Of a DNA stretch of 64,000 bases, positions 38,042 to 50,384 are shown piece after piece; within the stretch, counting starts at the first letter, position 1; each line of letters starts with the position of its first letter. The notes below the pieces were generated by a model. That model made no database searches. It saw only the letters and a program-made list of their open reading frames with translations, and was not told the origin of the DNA. The stretch lies in NCBI GenBank assembly GCA_964035575.1, contig OZ037843.1, positions 620,001 to 684,000 on the forward strand, written 5' to 3'. The stretch comes from Rhynchopus sp. YZ270_cl-10. Lineage: Eukaryota. The translations under genes were made by a program, and so were the position numbers.

Positions 38042-38928
38042 GAACGTTGAATGTAAGGAGGAGGAGGAGGTAAAGGAATAGCCATTTAGTTTTTTTTTAA
38101 TGTCAATTTTTTTTTTTTTTATATTTTTGGAAAAAAGGACATAGGAATTTAGAAATGATTCTTCAGTGAAAAAATAATATCAACGAAAAGGTTTTTTTCT
38201 CGTTGTTTCTTTTATTTGCTTTAATACAACATCCTGAAGTCAATTTCTATTTTTTCTTGAATGTCTGCACACGAGGCGTGTTCATCTTTCAAGTTTTCTT
38301 CTTCTTCTTCTTCTTCTTCTTTTTTTTTTTTTTTTTCTTTTTTTTTTTTTTTCTTTTTCTTTTGTGCTCATTTCAGCAGCCCTGTTTCAATTCAATCAAT
38401 GAGACTTTGTTTCGTTCGGGGGGGGGTAAGGAGCTAGGGGACCCCCTCCTCTCTCTCGCTCTCCCTACTCGTTTCCATTTCCCCCCCACTTCCACCCATG
38501 CTCCCCTCCGCCCATACGTGATGCAACAAAAGGGGGAAAAAAAAACTATTTGACTCTAATCTTTCAACGGGTAATGAACAGATTTTTAGGCAGTTGCTGA
38601 TGTTCGTACTGAGGTGTACTGTTTAACCTGCAACAAAGCGTTGCGCGTCTGTGCTGTTGGCCAAAATGCTTGACATTGGGTTTTAGGGTTAGTGTATATT
38701 TGTGTGCACGGTACTTACGAATCCGGTCGCCATTTCATGCCAGATTTATTGTGTACGGATTGTAGAACAACATTCACATTTCCCCACAATTTTTGTCAAA
38801 TAGAATTAAAAAAAAAAAAAACGATCCTGGTCTGGACGTTACAATTGCATCCGGGGGCATTCCCGTATAGGGTGGGTTCATCTACGGTTCGTTTTTTTTT
38901 TTTCTCTTTTTTTTCCCCTTCCTTTTCT

Positions 38929-39052
38929 GAGATGTAAACCACGAAATGGATTGTAGGACTGCATGGTTGGGGGTCCACCCCACGGTACATTGGTCATGTA
39001 CCAAAGGTACACTATGTTCACAAGAGGGCTGTTGTGTTTCACGTCAAATGTT
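38929..39052 (+). promoter_or_regulatory. Conserved upstream cassette, copy E (no recognisable gene follows)
   Basis: Full-length, close-to-consensus copy. Confidence 0.5.
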
Positions 39053-39684
39053 CTATTTTGCTTGTTCTCAATAGCGTCCTGTTGAGATGGTTCCTCAGCT
39101 CACCCCACATTCCCTCCCCCCACAGACCCATGGAATGTAGTGTTGTTGTGTTGCATTGTGTTTTTTTTCTGTTTTCCCCCTCTCTTTTTGCTCGAAAAAA
39201 AACTATAAGGAAAAAGTGGAGCTCATCCTCGGGGTGTCTACGCGAATACAACCAAAAAAAAAAATAAGAATAAAATAAAAATAAAAAATGTGTGCGAGCA
39301 ATGTGATGCGTCTTTTCTTGACCCATTATTTTTTTTTTCCTTTTTCGCACACAAGTTTCCTAGTCCTGTGAAAGAAAAGCCGTGGCTGCCTATCTAGTGA
39401 TAGTAGTCTATAATCAAACAAAACTTTTCACACACAGGTTTCAATACAGTACTAAAAAAAAAAACGTGCAACGAGTCGGTCCTCCGACTAGTGCAGACTT
39501 CGCCCCCGTCTTTGGTTGACTTTTTGTGGTATTCAAGTGATCAAAATGCCGAGAGGCTTAAGTTCACATCACAAAAATACCCCCTCCCCCATTTTTTTTT
39601 TTTTGTTTGTTGGTTTGGTTTCTTTCTTTTCATCTGGGTCCCTGCGTCCACAGCGACGTTGCACATACCAAAAAAGTTCAAGAA

Positions 39685-41314
39685 CAGGCCTCAGCCTAAC
39701 TCCCGGGCCTCAGCCAAAACCATCGTTCTATTTAAAAATAAAAAAAAAGAGAGAGAGAAAAGTGATTTTTACTAGTGCTTCCCGAGCTTTCTCCGCTGAC
39801 AAGCTAGTCACAGGAAGAAGAAGATCAAAACTCGGTCGAGCCCGGGCGCGCTTCGCGCGCCCGGGTCCCCACCCCAGCTCAAGTTGGGGGCCTCCGGCGG
39901 AATGCGAGAACTCCTCGGTTATCCAACGGCGGAGTTCGGCACTTCATTGATATTTGCGCCAGGCACACATGGTGCACGAATTATCAGTAACCTCAGTACA
40001 TTTACAAAAGAAATGGCGGTCACGGCACCCAAAGGTTCCTGGCGAAGCTACGGTACGCAACATTTCAAAAAAATGCGCTTAAATTTGCACATGTTTACAG
40101 CCAAACTATGTCATGGGAAGGGTGAGTTTCAAGCTTGCGCCGCAGGCGCACGGTACGCTACTTTTTTCCTTTCGCCATGCTGCATTCTTCCTTTTCCTTC
40201 GACGTTTGACCAATTGAATCCGGCTCGATGGTATCTCAAAAAATTCCCCATAACCCCCTACGGGTTGATGATATCCCAAAAAAACCCCCTAAAACCCCGG
40301 TACCCATCGTTCTATCGACCCGGGTACCCGGGTCGATAGAACGATGGAACGATGGGAAAAAAAAAAAAAAAAATGGCCAAAAACCAGGGAAGTTCCTAAG
40401 TGGGACCGAGAACATGAAATTCTGGATTTTAGTTTTTTTTTCCTTTTTTTTTTTCCTTTTTTTCCTTGGGGGGCTTTCTTGTGGTTTCTGGTGGGTTTCA
40501 CTGTAGGTGACACACCACCAGTGTGGTGAAATGGTCGAAACTCTCAAAAGCAAGAGTTTTCAGGGGGCAAGAAAAAAAAATTGACAACAAAATCCTTCAC
40601 TGTCCAGGGCTGTACCCCCAATTTTTTTTTTGCCTGCGGCGCCATTTTTCATTTTTTGCTCTGCAAAAAAGGGTTCGTTGGAAGCTAGATTTTTACACTG
40701 TACTCAAAATTTTTTGCCTGCGGCGCCATTTATATTATTTTTTGCTCCGCAAAAAGAGAAGTGCAACGCCTCACCGTTCATCGGCGGAAGCACTGGTTCC
40801 ACGGGTTATCGAACCCCAGAGAGCACTTCATTGGCATGCACGCGGTTACCGCGAGGGAGCGTGTATGCAGGTACAAAATCACTGCCCCATCCAAATAATA
40901 TTCCCAACGTCTTTGGGGGTCCCCTTGCATTTTGCAGCCAAAAATGCAACTAGACCAAAGCTGCAAAAAGTTCCGCGCGAGTGTAGCGCGCCCGGGTTTG
41001 GGACCCCTTTTTGAATTTCGAGGGGCGGTTAAAGTGGGCCCAGAATCACAGTTCTGACACTCATTTAGCATTGTGAGCAACTCACTAGTGGTCGTAACCA
41101 AAATTTGTATCAATCAAGAACTTGTCCATTTTCTCGAAATGACCCCACTACAGTGAGGGTAGAGCTCGGAAAGCCCGAAAAAGGGCAAAAAACCCCACCC
41201 AAAAAAAGGAAAAAAACGGGAACATAAATCCAGAATTTTGCTGTTTTTTCCGAGAACAAGGAACAACCCTGGCAAAAACATAGAACGATGGAACGATGGT
41301 TAGGCTGGGGCCTG
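39685..41314. mobile_element. Composite TIR element with CAGG termini
   Basis: CAGGCCTCAGCCTAAC / GTTAGGCTGGGGCCTG, flanked by the direct repeat GTTCAAGAA (8-9 bp). Contains a perfect 44-bp palindrome at 40304-40347. Confidence 0.8.
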
Positions 41315-42084
41315 GTTCAAGAATTTCAAAAAAAAAAAAAAAAAAAAAAAATTCCTCTGTACCCCTATTTTGGATACGGAGTGCCCTTTTTTTTGTTCTA
41401 AATAAAAAGAAATTCATTTTCTTTTACTTTATTACTCTAAAACCCTCCCCATCCCTATTTTTTTTTCTCCCTTGTCTCCTGTCGCGACTTGGCGTAGAAA
41501 TAAACCCCACCCTTGTTATAAGGCTTGCCACCAATAAGGTTTAGATATCGAAAATGGTTTACGAATGTCATCTATCATTTTCCGAAAAATCTTATGCAAG
41601 CTTCATACAGGGGGAAGGAGTTTTTTTTAGACTGGAAAAAAAAAGAAGTGGAAGAAGGCGGTGCCGTCAGCAACCCAGTTCCTCCTCAGGGTTCTCCCGT
41701 GGTTCACCCACGGGGTTCCCGTGGACCGTTGACTGTATCAGAAAGGATGTTTCACCTGCCTTTACACTTTGGTGTGATTCAGGGGGTACGGATAACCCAC
41801 GGAAGAACCACTGAGGAACCACAGAGAACTGCTAGAGGGTATACTTGGGCATACCTCAAAGGTTGTACACGTGCCTTTGTACTTGTTTGTGATGATGTTT
41901 CAACCCGAAGAAGGCTTGTTAACATCGTTCTATGTGGTGTTCAGTGGCCCCCAGGTTTTTGTTTCTTTCATTGCACCATGTGCACTTCGCCCACCCTTTT
42001 TTTTTACAAACCCAAAGGAATTCATTCATATAACAACGCGCAGAGCCCCCCTATTACTCCCCCTATTTTTTTTATATACCGTTC

Positions 42085-42170
42085 CGATGTATACCCTCAA
42101 AATGGATTGTCGGACTGCATGGTTGAGGGTCCACCCAGGTGCACCCGGTCAACCAAAGGTACACTGTTCA
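42085..42170 (+). promoter_or_regulatory. Conserved upstream cassette, copy F, before the Ubl-LRR gene
   Basis: AAATGGATTGTCGGACTGCATGGTTG…CCAAAGGTACACTGTTCA; 3' end diverged. Confidence 0.55.
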
Positions 42171-42273
42171 TCTGGTGCTAATCCGGGGGGCGGGGTTTTC
42201 ACAACTTTTCGCAACGTTTCAGAATTATTGTTCTCCACACCCCACCACACACTCAGAACACAAAACCACAACA

Positions 42274-43467
42274 ATGGACGTGCATTTCGAAGATTTCAGA
42301 GCGGATCAGCACACAGTCGAGGTGGGTGCAGATGACACAGTGGAGGGCTTGCGGCGGAAGGTGGCGTCTGCAATGGGGCTGCCTGAAGACAGCTTTTGCA
42401 TGAGTTTCGGAAGCGAAGCGATGGGAGAAGGATACGACATGACGCAGCTGAGTGCTGATGACACAATCGTTCTGACGAAGTCGAAGAAGTACGAAGCTGT
42501 TGCAGCGCTTCATGATTTGGGTGAGACTGACCTGACGGCCGAGAGGTTGGAGGAGGTGGAGGATCCTGAGGTGGCGTGTTTGCTTCTGCAGGCGGGGGTT
42601 GCGACTGTCATTCCTGATGGGTTCTTGGCGGAGACATCGTTAACGCGCCTTGATCTGAGTGCTGTGTCCTTTGTGACACAAATTGAAGATAACTTCCTTC
42701 GGGACTGCGCCTTGTTAACAAGCATTGACCTCTCTGGGTTGAGCAATGTGACGCAGGTTGGCAAGTACTTCCTCGTCGACTGCGAAGCTTTACCCGCCCT
42801 GGATCTGACACCACTCAACAATGTGACGGTGCTTGAAGAGGGCTTTCTTGCCGGCTGCAAATCTTTAACCACCCTTCACCTCTCACCTCTCAACAACGTG
42901 ATCCAAATTAGTGCCAAATTTCTTTTTGGTTGCAAAGCTTTAACCACCCTTGATCTCTCACCTTTCAATAGGATAACGCAGCTTCATCGAAGCTTTCTTT
43001 CCGGCTGCGAAGCTTTAACGACCCTTGATCTCTTACCACTCAAAAACGTTACGAAGATTGAGAGTTTCTTTCTTTATAGGTGCAAAGGTTTAGCTGCCCT
43101 CGATCTTTCACCGCTCAACAATGTAACGAAGATTGAGAAGCGCTTTCTTTCTGGGTGCGAAGCTTTAGCTAGCCTGGATCTGACACCACTCAGCAAGGTG
43201 AAGGCGATTGACGGCAGCTTTCTCTCTGGATGCAAAGGTTTAACGACCTTGGATCTGACACCACTCAGCAAGGTTAGGAGGGTTGTGTCGCAGTTTGCTG
43301 CGGACTGCACGTCGTTGACGAGAATTTACCTTCCAGACTCCTGTCTTGTGTCCGACCTAGTAACGAATAACAAGAAGCTAAGACATCTTGTGGTTGAAGC
43401 ACGTCCGAAACGCAGCAGAGACGAATCCCCCGAGCAAGCCCGCAAACGACAGAGACACGCAGAATGA
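42274..43467 (+). CDS. Ubiquitin-like domain plus leucine-rich-repeat protein
   Basis: N-terminal VEVGADDTVEGLRRKVA (Ubl-like), about ten 24-aa LRRs (LTTLDLSPLNNVTKIExxFLxGC) and a basic C-terminus. Intronless. Confidence 0.88.
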   Translation: MDVHFEDFRADQHTVEVGADDTVEGLRRKVASAMGLPEDSFCMSFGSEAMGEGYDMTQLSADDTIVLTKSKKYEAVAALHDLGETDLTAERLEEVEDPEVACLLLQAGVATVIPDGFLAETSLTRLDLSAVSFVTQIEDNFLRDCALLTSIDLSGLSNVTQVGKYFLVDCEALPALDLTPLNNVTVLEEGFLAGCKSLTTLHLSPLNNVIQISAKFLFGCKALTTLDLSPFNRITQLHRSFLSGCEALTTLDLLPLKNVTKIESFFLYRCKGLAALDLSPLNNVTKIEKRFLSGCEALASLDLTPLSKVKAIDGSFLSGCKGLTTLDLTPLSKVRRVVSQFAADCTSLTRIYLPDSCLVSDLVTNNKKLRHLVVEARPKRSRDESPEQARKRQRHAE

Positions 43468-44474
43468 CGTGGTTTGGTGGGAGGGGATAAAGGGAAGGGG
43501 AAGAAGGGAGGGGTGCAATTAAGAGCGCCCTCTTCGGAAAAGCCGAGAGACCACCTCAAATGTTGCGTACCGTGGCTTCGTCAGGAGCCTTTGGGTGCCA
43601 TGACCGTCGTTTTTGTAAATGTATTGAGGTTACTGATAATTCGTGGGTTACATGTGCCTGGTGCAAATATCAATAAAGTGCCGAACTCCGCAGTTGGACA
43701 ACCGAGGAGTTCTCACATTCCGCCGGAGGCCCCCAACTTGAGCTGGGTTGGGCTCGACCAAGATTGACCGGGTTTCAATACCCCTAAAACCTATATAAGC
43801 CCCAGCAAAACAAAAACAAAAAAATGAGGAAAAAAAGTACAAACTCCCCCAACAGCGTGCCTACTATAGTCAGTTAATATTGTTGTTGTTTTTTTTTTTT
43901 TTGTGTGACTGAGTGTGGGGATGTGTTCAAGAATTAAACTCTTCCCCCCAAACCCCTTTTTTGTCTTTGTTTTCTTTATCCAAACGGCAAATGGATGCGT
44001 AATAATTTTTGTTTCTGCGTACGGTTGTGTCCACCCCCCCCTGCACAATTTTGAATCCCATCCCTCTCTGACGTCAGCTCCTCCTCCGTCCACATCCAAG
44101 CCCTGTTCCGCGATCTCAGCAACTCTCTCACCTTGACTTGCTTCTGCTGGTCAGAGATGTCTTCCACCGACAGAGAAGACGAGCGATCCGCCCCCTCCAT
44201 CGCTGTGTCGAGGTCCTCGAGGTCCTCCTCCTGCTCCTGCTTATCATCGTCCATCTCTTACACCTTCACTCGCACCTCGGCGTCTGCCACCTCGGCTTGT
44301 CGCACCACCTCCTCCTCCAGCTGATCACGAGAAAGGGTTCCCCAGCTGACAATGCCTTCCCGTGCTATCTTCAAAACCGCCTCGAACCTACATCACACAG
44401 GCCTCATGACCCTGCGTCTGCAATGATCCGTTCATTCATCTGACCGCTGAGAGGAAGCAGGAGTAGCACAATAT

Positions 44475-44612
44475 CAGATGCAAACCGACGAAATTGGATG
44501 TAGCACTGCATTGGTTGGGGAAGGTCCCACCCCACGGTACACCCGGTCATTTGTACCAAAAGGTGCACTGTTCATGAGAGGGCTTTTTTTGCATTTCAAG
44601 TCAACTTTTTTC
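44475..44612 (+). promoter_or_regulatory. Conserved upstream cassette, copy G, before the Ca-ATPase
   Basis: Full-length match, 75 bp before the ATG. Confidence 0.6.
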
Positions 44613-44686
44613 AACCATACACCAAACCATATTTAAACAGGGGGGAACTCCGTTCCAAAAAAAAAATACAAAAAAAAAATTCTAAA

Positions 44687-47600
44687 ATGGGCCCAACACT
44701 TTGTAGCAGGCTTGCGAGCTACACTGGGGTCACCCCTTCTGAGCTGCGGGCGATGATTGAGAACCGCGATTTGGTACAGCTGGGGCAGTTGGGAGGGGTT
44801 GAGGGGCTGGCACATGAGCTAGACACTGACCTGGAGAAGGGGCTTGACGCGAAGGGCGAGTCTGACCCTGCACGCCTGGCACGCTACGGAACGAACACAA
44901 TCCCGCCAGCTGAGACACAAACCTTCGTGGAATTCTTGAAAGAGGCGCTAAGCGACCGTACGATGCTGATCCTTATTGGTGCCGCAGTGCTCTCTCTTAT
45001 CCTTGGATTGACCACCCCCGATCCACGAACCGGGCGGGTAGAGTATTCGACAGGGTGGATTGAGGGTGCCGCAATTCTTGCTAGCGTAGCCATTGTTGTA
45101 GTGGTCACTGCGGTCAATGATTTCAAAAAGCAAGAAAAATTTGCGGAGCTCGAAACCTCCTCCGAAAGCAAGCACGTCACCGTCATCCGCGGCGGGGAAC
45201 GCCGTACGGTGACCACCACGGAGCTGGTTGCTGGCGACATCACCTTTGTCAGTCACGGCATGCAATTCACCGTTGATATGGTAGTAATCAGCGGACACAA
45301 TATGATCTGTGACGAAAGCGATGTAACCGGCGAATGCGAAGAAATCCACAAAGACGTTGCAACAGACCCCTTCTTAGTTTCAGGCACATCTCTGTTGGAA
45401 GGCAACGGATATGCATTAGTGGTAGGGGTGGGGACTCTGTCTGTCAGTGGATCCATCGCTTTGGTTACCCGAGCAAAGAAAAAGCAGACACCTCTCGAGG
45501 TCAAGCTCGAAGTTCTTGCAGACCGAATCGGACAGTTCGGCCTGGCCGCCGCCTCCGCCACCTTCCTCGTCCTCGCAGTGAAGGAAACCCACAAAATCTA
45601 CAGCGTGCCTGGAGAATCCTTCTCCTTCATGAAGTACTGGGAAATGCTGACCACCGCCGTCGCTATAGTGGTGGTCGCAGTACCGGAAGGGCTTCCCCTG
45701 AGTGTAACCATTTCCCTTGCATACTCTATGCAGCAGATGCTTGAAGATAGAAATTTAGTACGGCATTTAGCGGCATGCGAGACAATGGGAGGGGCGACCT
45801 GCATTTGCAGTGATAAAACCGGGACGTTGACGACAAATGACATGCGTGTCTCTCATCTGTGGTTGGGGGGTAGGTCTTGTAGCATTGCAAAGCCGCAGTC
45901 AAATTCGTGGTTGACAGTGTCCACTGGGGATGAAGTATCGCATCTCGCAGTGTCCGATCAAGACCGGGTCTCGCTTGATACCAGTTCAGAGTTGATCCGT
46001 CTTGTAGCAGATACCATCTGCTTCAGCTCCATCGATGAGAACAATCGCACATCTCTTGCATTGATCTACATCCTTCGTCGTCTCGGGTATGCCAGTAGTG
46101 TCCACCTGGACTCCATTCCGCACAAACGAACCCCATTCACATCTGTCCACAAACAATCCAAAACCTGCGTCAAAAATGAATCCGGATGCACCTTATACGT
46201 CAAAGGTGCCAGCGAAATTGTGTTGTCACATTGCACCCATTGGGTAGATGGGAGTGGGAAGAGGTGCGTGCTTAATGCCGTACAGCTTTCGGACATCGAG
46301 CAGGCCCTTCAATGCTTCGCAGAAGATGGGTTGCGTACGCTGTGCATTGCAATGGCGGAATCTACTCTCGCATACGACTCTGACGTTATGAAGGACGACA
46401 CGGACCTCACATTTCTTGCCCTCGCAGTTATCGAAGAGCCGGTCCGGCCTGAAGTTGCAGACGCCATCGCGCAGTGCCGCCAAGCAGGCATCCGGGTCAA
46501 AATGGTGACCGGAGACAACAAAGTCTCTGCAACCGCTGTAGCACGGCGCTGCGGCATCATCGATGAGTTCAGCTCAAGAACCATGGAGGGCCGTGAGTTC
46601 CGGGGCCTCTCACCCTCTGCTTTACAGGAGGTACTTCCATCACTCTGTGTTCTCGCCCGCGCTACTCCCCTCGACAAACAAATCCTGGTCGAAGCTCTCA
46701 AGCAAGACAGCAACCAAGTCGTCGCAGTCACCGGAGATGGAACCAACGACGGACCAGCACTAAAATGCGCGGACGTAGGATTCGCGATGAACTCAGGAAC
46801 TGATATTGCTAAGGGAGCAAGCGACATTATTTTGACAGATGACAACTTTGTAGGGGTAGTGAAGGCGGTGATGTGGGGGCGCAATGTGAACGACAACATC
46901 CGAAAATTCATTCAATTCCAGCTCACCGTCAACGGGGCGGCCTGCGTCATCGCAGTCCTCGGCGCATTTCTCAGCGACTCAAACCTTAGCCCCCTCAAAC
47001 CCGTTCAGCTTCTCTGGCTCAATCTCATCATGGACAGTCTAGCAGCCCTAGGGCTTGCGACAGAGCTGCCTTCCGAAGCACTTCTGAAACGCCCTCCGGA
47101 GCCTAAAGGGGCGCCGATCATCAGCCAAGATATGTGGGGGTTTATTTTGGGTCAAGGGCAGTACCAGCTTTATGTGTGCCTGTATATGCTGACGTATGGG
47201 CATGAGTGGCTGGGCATGGAGTACTTCGGGGAGGAGCATCTGACGACAGTGTTCAACACCTTCGTGCTCCTGCAGGTGTTTAACTTCCTCAATGCGCGTG
47301 TGTTGACGAACAGTCTGAACGTCTTTTCGGAGATCGGTCGGAGCAAGAATTTGCTGATGATTGCCTGTATCATCGCGTTGCTTCAGGTATGGCTCCTTTA
47401 GCTTGGGTCTCCTCTTTTGTTCATGAAACCTATCTGTTTTCATAGCCTTCTTCTCTCCACCCCCTTCTGGAATCTTAGCAACGTTTCTTACATAAACCAA
47501 ACACCCCCAAAATGGGACAGTGGACAGTGGAGATTGCACAAACTGTGGCAACACTACCGAGGCAACTACACTACCCCAACAATTTATCAAATAAAATAGA

Positions 47601-47924
47601 AAAATGACTCTGACACCTACTGCAAAGCGTACTTCCTTCTATTTGCTCTCTTTTTAAGGATCCTGTGAAAGAAAAACCGTGGCTGCCTATCTAGTGATAG
47701 TAGTCTATAATCAAAAGAAAATTTTACGTAAACCCGGGGCTTATTCCATTTGTTTTCCCCCCTCCTACAGGTGTTTATCATTAACTTTGGAGGGAAATTC
47801 TTCGGTGTTGTTCCTGTCTCTGTGTCGGTGTGGCTGAAGTCCACCGTCATTGCCTCCGGCACCCTCCCTGTTGGTGTAGCCGTCAAGCTCTTTATGCGGA
47901 AACACATGAAATACCTTCCTTCAG
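44687..47924 (+). CDS. P2B-type (PMCA/PMC1-like) calcium-transporting ATPase; final exon unresolved
   Basis: PEGLPL, DKTGTLT, GDGTNDGPALK and LLWLNLIMDSLAALGLATE motifs. Exons 44687-47386 and 47771-47924, then either a GTATG donor at 47925 or read-through to the stop at 48010. Confidence 0.93.
47499..47721 (+). mobile_element. Short retroposon, longest copy, inside Ca-ATPase intron 1
   Basis: Same core as 25869. Flanking 13-mers TCTTACATAAACC and TTTTACGTAAACC match at 11/13. Confidence 0.7.
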
Positions 47925-47981
47925 GTATGCCGATAGTAAAAGGTTTGCACTCATCCCCCCCCTCCCTCCCTCCACTCCTTT

Positions 47982-48123
47982 CACGACAGGACCCAGTGAC
48001 AAGTGAATGACAAATGATTTACCTACAACCCAATGGAAAGTCATTGACAAATGACTTATTTGTTATATTTATGAGTGAAATGACATGTGTTTCACCTGTC
48101 TCTTGTCATTGGGTCCCGTCGTG
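47982..48123. mobile_element. Palindromic MITE (TGACAAGTGA family)
   Basis: CACGACAGGACCCAGTGACAAG … CTTGTCATTGGGTCCCGTCGTG; related to 58305-58494. Confidence 0.7.
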
Positions 48124-49334
48124 TTTGTTCACCACCTCCCCTAAAAAAAGCAAATGCCTTTTTTAGCAAAAGCAAAAACAAAAAAATATGCTGTGTTTCC
48201 CCGTCCTCTTGGGGTTACAGTAGGGCAACAAACTTGGCGAATAATATTAGCGTATCTTAGGGTGTTTTCTTGCAGCATAACAGCTTTGTCATTCCCTTAC
48301 TTTTTTCGTACCAACAATACGTACCAACCACTCCCCCTTTTACAAAGGTGACATATGACGTGAGAAGCCTGTCTTGTGTGTTGGGGGGCTTCGGCAGAAG
48401 AGAGCATGCTACAGTCTTCCCAATATAAAAGAGAACACTGACGTATGGTCAAAAGTGGGAAATTTTTTTTAGCGAAAATAAACGCTTCTATTTTAAAAAT
48501 AATAATAATACAGGAAATACGAAACACTCCCCAAGATCTGTACCGGTGTGACCTTACCATCAATAAAGAAGTCTGCTTTTAGAAAAAAAAAAGAAAAGAA
48601 AACAAAGTGGAACACTCGGGGTGTCTACACTGATACAGCCCAAGTGTTCAAAAAAATAATTCAAATGGGTTGAGATTTTTTTCTTTTATAAACTCGACCG
48701 AGCCGCGTTTTTAGCACGTTCAAGTACTCTTCGTAATACCATTTCCCTATTGACTCTTTTACTTTAACGCCAAACAGATTTTGACACCTCTTTGGCTTCG
48801 TTCAACGGGAGAAAAAAAGTACCCTTTTTTCTTTTCCTTTTTGTCTTTTTTTTTACTGTAGGAGTTATCAGATATGAGGTCTCTTTTTCCCTCTCTTGCA
48901 GCATGGTACTTTCCCCACCCTTCTGCTGCTACCTCCCTGTTTTTTTAAAATATTTTTTTTTTGGTTGTTACTAGCCCTGGCGGCTCGTGTTTGTTCTGTG
49001 TGGGCTAGCCGGGGTCTTGCAATCCGATTGGTGCCTCTTTTACTCAGCGTCAGGGTACGGGGGTACCGTTGGTGCTGTGGTGAGTTGCAAAGGTTGATAT
49101 ATTATGTAGGTACGTCTCCTATTCCTGGCCGCTTTAGAGAAAACAAAAAGAGAGAGAGAGAGAGAGATAACAAAACCCCCCCCCCCCCCCCCCAACAAAA
49201 AAAGATAATTGAAAACACAACAGAAAAATAAAACAAAACAAAAATAGTGCGAACACGATGCTGACGGACAACACCATATTTTTTCTTTTTTTTTCTTCTT
49301 CTTCATTCTTTTTTTTTTTTTCCAAAGATTATTC

Positions 49335-49632
49335 CAGGCTCTCCGCTAGGATTTCCGATTTTGAAAATATTCTGTTGATGGTCCACGTTGGTGGGGTACA
49401 TGCTTGCGCCGCAGGCGCACGGTACGCAACTTTTTTTTTTTACCAACGCCCGATTTTGACTTTTTTGGGACGTTTGAGCACTCACCTCTCCATATCTTCT
49501 TCTCCTGAGCTTTTTTGACAGGTAGAACGGGTCTGAACCACTTAGCAGAACTTTTTTTTTTTTCTTTTTTTCCCCATTTTCAAAAAGTTCTGTTGACAAT
49601 CAACAGAACTTTAGTACCTAGCGGAGTGCCTG
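49335..49632 (+). mobile_element. hAT-type MITE, 298 bp
   Basis: TIR CAGGCTCTCCGCTAGG / CCTAGCGGAGTGCCTG with 8-bp TSD GATTATTC. Confidence 0.92.
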
Positions 49633-49972
49633 GATTATTCTCCTATCCCATTTGTTGTGCAGAACTGTGTGCAAGCACTTCGCACACACAAAACAAAACA
49701 AAAAAAAATAGTAGTGAAGCTCATCCTCGGGGTACACTAAATACAACCAAAGTTTTTTAAACACAAGAAGAAAGCAGCCCCCCTCCTTCCTGTCCATCAT
49801 GTTGTGTAACGCAGTTGTTGAATCCACCCCCCATTTTTTATGCAATTTTTAAATATTATTATTGACACAAAGCAACCTGTCGCTTCCAGATAAGGTGCTA
49901 GTATGTGTCCATTAGGAACATTAGAAGGAACTAAACCACAAGAGGCTTAGTGCCCACCTTACCAACTGGTCT

Positions 49973-50015
<43 letters not shown>

Positions 50016-50127
50016 AAATGTCAATTTTTTTTTCTCAACACCCCTCCCATCTATCTTAATCATGTTAGATGACTTAACACAAAGGACAAAGTCTTCCTCC
50101 CCCCCTCCCCTTTTTTTCTAGACCGAA

Positions 50128-50384
50128 TTGCAAAGCGTACTCCTTCTATTTGCTCTCTTTTAAGGACTTTATGTGGGGTGATTTGAGGTACTTTTACTCA
50201 AAGACAGTCACAAAAAACCATAAAATTGAAGATGTGATGCACAAAAATTCGCAAAAAAAAACTTCTTTTTTTTTTGCAAACTTTTGTGACTTTTGTGTTT
50301 GAGTAAAGGTACCTCACATCTCTCCATTATGAAGAAAAATTGTGGCTGCTATCCATGATAGTTGTCTAAAATCGGACAAAAAAA
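50128..50384 (+). mobile_element. Short retroposon copy with an internal insertion
   Basis: Same core, A tail and perfect 13-bp TSD TTTCTAGACCGAA. Confidence 0.8.

Noticed and set aside
43976..44330. Acidic - strand ORF
   Set aside because: In-frame stop in the coding-like region, low complexity, no clear homology.
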